A stretch of DNA of 51,810 bases from Macrostomum lignano (Eukaryota), in the NCBI GenBank assembly GCA_002269645.1, contig NIVC01003011.1, positions 1-51,810 of the forward strand, in the 5' to 3' direction. Below are positions 48,972-51,810 of this stretch, piece after piece. Position 1 is the first letter of the stretch, and the number at the start of each line of letters is the position of its first letter. A program made the translations under genes and the position numbers. The notes beneath the pieces were generated by a model that saw nothing but the letters and a program-made list of their open reading frames with translations, was not told the DNA's origin and made no database searches.

Positions 48972-50014
48972 TTCACTCGTGGTTTGTGCTCAACTTTCAT
49001 TTTGAGACGATACTCATTTAACTTCAACCTGCGATTTTTTTCGGGGGCGGTTTCACCACAGGACCTCAATATCAAACTCGATCCATACTGACCCGGTTCA
49101 AAAACTCGAAATCGACACGAGAGTTTGTCGACAGAGCTCACCAGTAGAAAAATAAGCAAACAAAACAAACTGCTCACCAGTTTCTTCAAGACTTACTCAT
49201 TCGAGAGCATCCCATATGGAGCTCATATCGTTAATTCAAATAAGCCGAACCGGCTCCCAGAAAGTCTCCATGCCATAATCCGTTTAACTATTTATTCAGT
49301 ACACAAAACCAAACCTTTTGCCAACTGCACTGCAGTGCAAACTCCAGTATATACTCTGCTAGGAAACCCGCCTCCCGCTTTTTCTAGAAGCCGCTTTCTA
49401 GTCTCGCTGCGTAAATACTGGATAAAGCAAAGTTCCAACTTCTACCTTCTGGCTAGGACCATGCAGTCTGTCCAACTTCCTGGATGCTTTAAACACACAC
49501 ACAGACCCACGGCTCAATTGCATCTTAATCTTATTCAATTCCCTGGCTCCCTGCGATTGAATGTACGTTGAAAACTGGCGAAGTCATTAATTCTCAGGTC
49601 ACAGGGGTTTTTGAAAGGCTGGCTGCGTAGAGAGAAGAAGAACGGTTGAACAGATCTGAGGCGTCTCACCTGATTTCCCGTTTTCTCTGCACAATTTCCA
49701 TGACATGCAGCTCAACTCAGTTAGAGAGGGAAATTGAGAGAAAAAAATCAGAGAGGGGGGTACGCTCGTACCTTAGCAGAGCAGTTTAGTAATGGGACAA
49801 GAACCCGCCATCAGCAGGGTTCTGACGCATCCTGGTATTTGTTGGGCCTCAGTTGAGAAGTTGTTTCTTTACAAGATTCCTTGCTTTAACAACAACAATG
49901 GATTGGCGCGATCTATTGTGTGCCACTGCCTCGGCGTGACAGCTCCGACTGCTGGCTGCTGACTGCGTCTGAACTGATAAACTTTTGACCTGACACTCTA
50001 TCTCAAAGTCTCCG

Positions 50015-51085
<1,071 letters not shown>

Positions 51086-51810
51086 CAGGCGCGAAAAAAA
51101 TATTACGATACTGTTAAGCTTGGTTTAGGCTACTGAGAGCGAAAGTTAAATCGGTTGTAAAGTTCGAATCGGGTTCGATCAGTTTTTGGTTAGCACCGTG
51201 AGACATTAAATTTAACGTCCTGCATGCGGGCAGAACGAGAACGAGTTTTATTACCTTATTTTTTTAGCCGGACTCTCGATCTAAGCAGAGTACCTCGTAG
51301 CAGGCAGGGCTGAAAAGTGAAATTGAGCAAAGCATACCAACGAGGGAACGGAAGGGTAATGCGGTGATTGAAGCGGAAATGCGAAGCATGAATTCACGAG
51401 CGAATATTATAGGCGAGAATTGAGGGGCTCCCCTTATTCTTTCTCTCCTCTGTCTGTCTGCCCGCCTCTTGCCTGCAGCCGGTTGTTCGTCTCCATTTCG
51501 CTTCCTTCATTTCTCTTCGGCCCACTTCCCACTTCCCCGGGCAATAAATATTCATCCTCTAGATAAGGGTAAGGCGGAGGCGGATGGTGGCAGAGGGGAG
51601 CCCGCAGACGTGCTCCACTGAGCAGTCTGGTAAGCACTCAACGCTTATGCGCCTCAGATTCCCATTGGTAATTCCCCCGACAATAATGATAATGAAAATA
51701 AAAGGACACCAGTTTCCTAACAACATTTCGTTCACCTGGAGTATAGTTATAGTTAGTTAACTGCCAGAGGCGCCACTTAAATTCGATTGAGTGTCCGGGA
51801 AGCGGACTGA

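Noticed and set aside
51713-51760. Candidate U12 branch point TTTCCTAAC and AC acceptor for Cav3
   Set aside because: Downstream reads WSIVIVS* rather than WFE..VILLNC; probably chance.

Overview
Eukaryotic (metazoan) genomic DNA with spliceosomal introns. GC-rich exons and satellite-filled introns suggest a Macrostomum-like flatworm; this is inference from composition only. I reconstructed four intron-containing genes by hand: a FAM187A-like Ig-domain membrane protein (-, 4633-10307, 5 exons), a flavin-containing monooxygenase (-, 12658-18588, 6 exons), a three-RRM MYEF2/hnRNP M-like protein with an N-terminal RS domain (+, 37571-42002, 4 exons), and the first coding exon of a T-type Ca2+ channel (Cav3, +, 48751-48962), which ends at a U12-type AT-AC donor. 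There are also three small single-exon candidate genes: one with a PP1 RVxF-type motif and two paralogous Cys-rich membrane proteins ending in VPMAELGV. Mobile DNA comprises a young but internally deleted BEL/Pao LTR element, two RTE fragments, a tRNA-derived SINE family, Tc1-like and Crypton remnants, and several hAT-type and TA-flanked MITE families. The main pattern is that 10 of 13 introns carry a tandem array, and several arrays are expansions of a short seed unit inside a dispersed element whose unexpanded copies lie elsewhere in this window. Most long ORFs in the supplied track are artefacts of these arrays. Family assignments come from recalled motifs, not database searches, and counts were made by eye.
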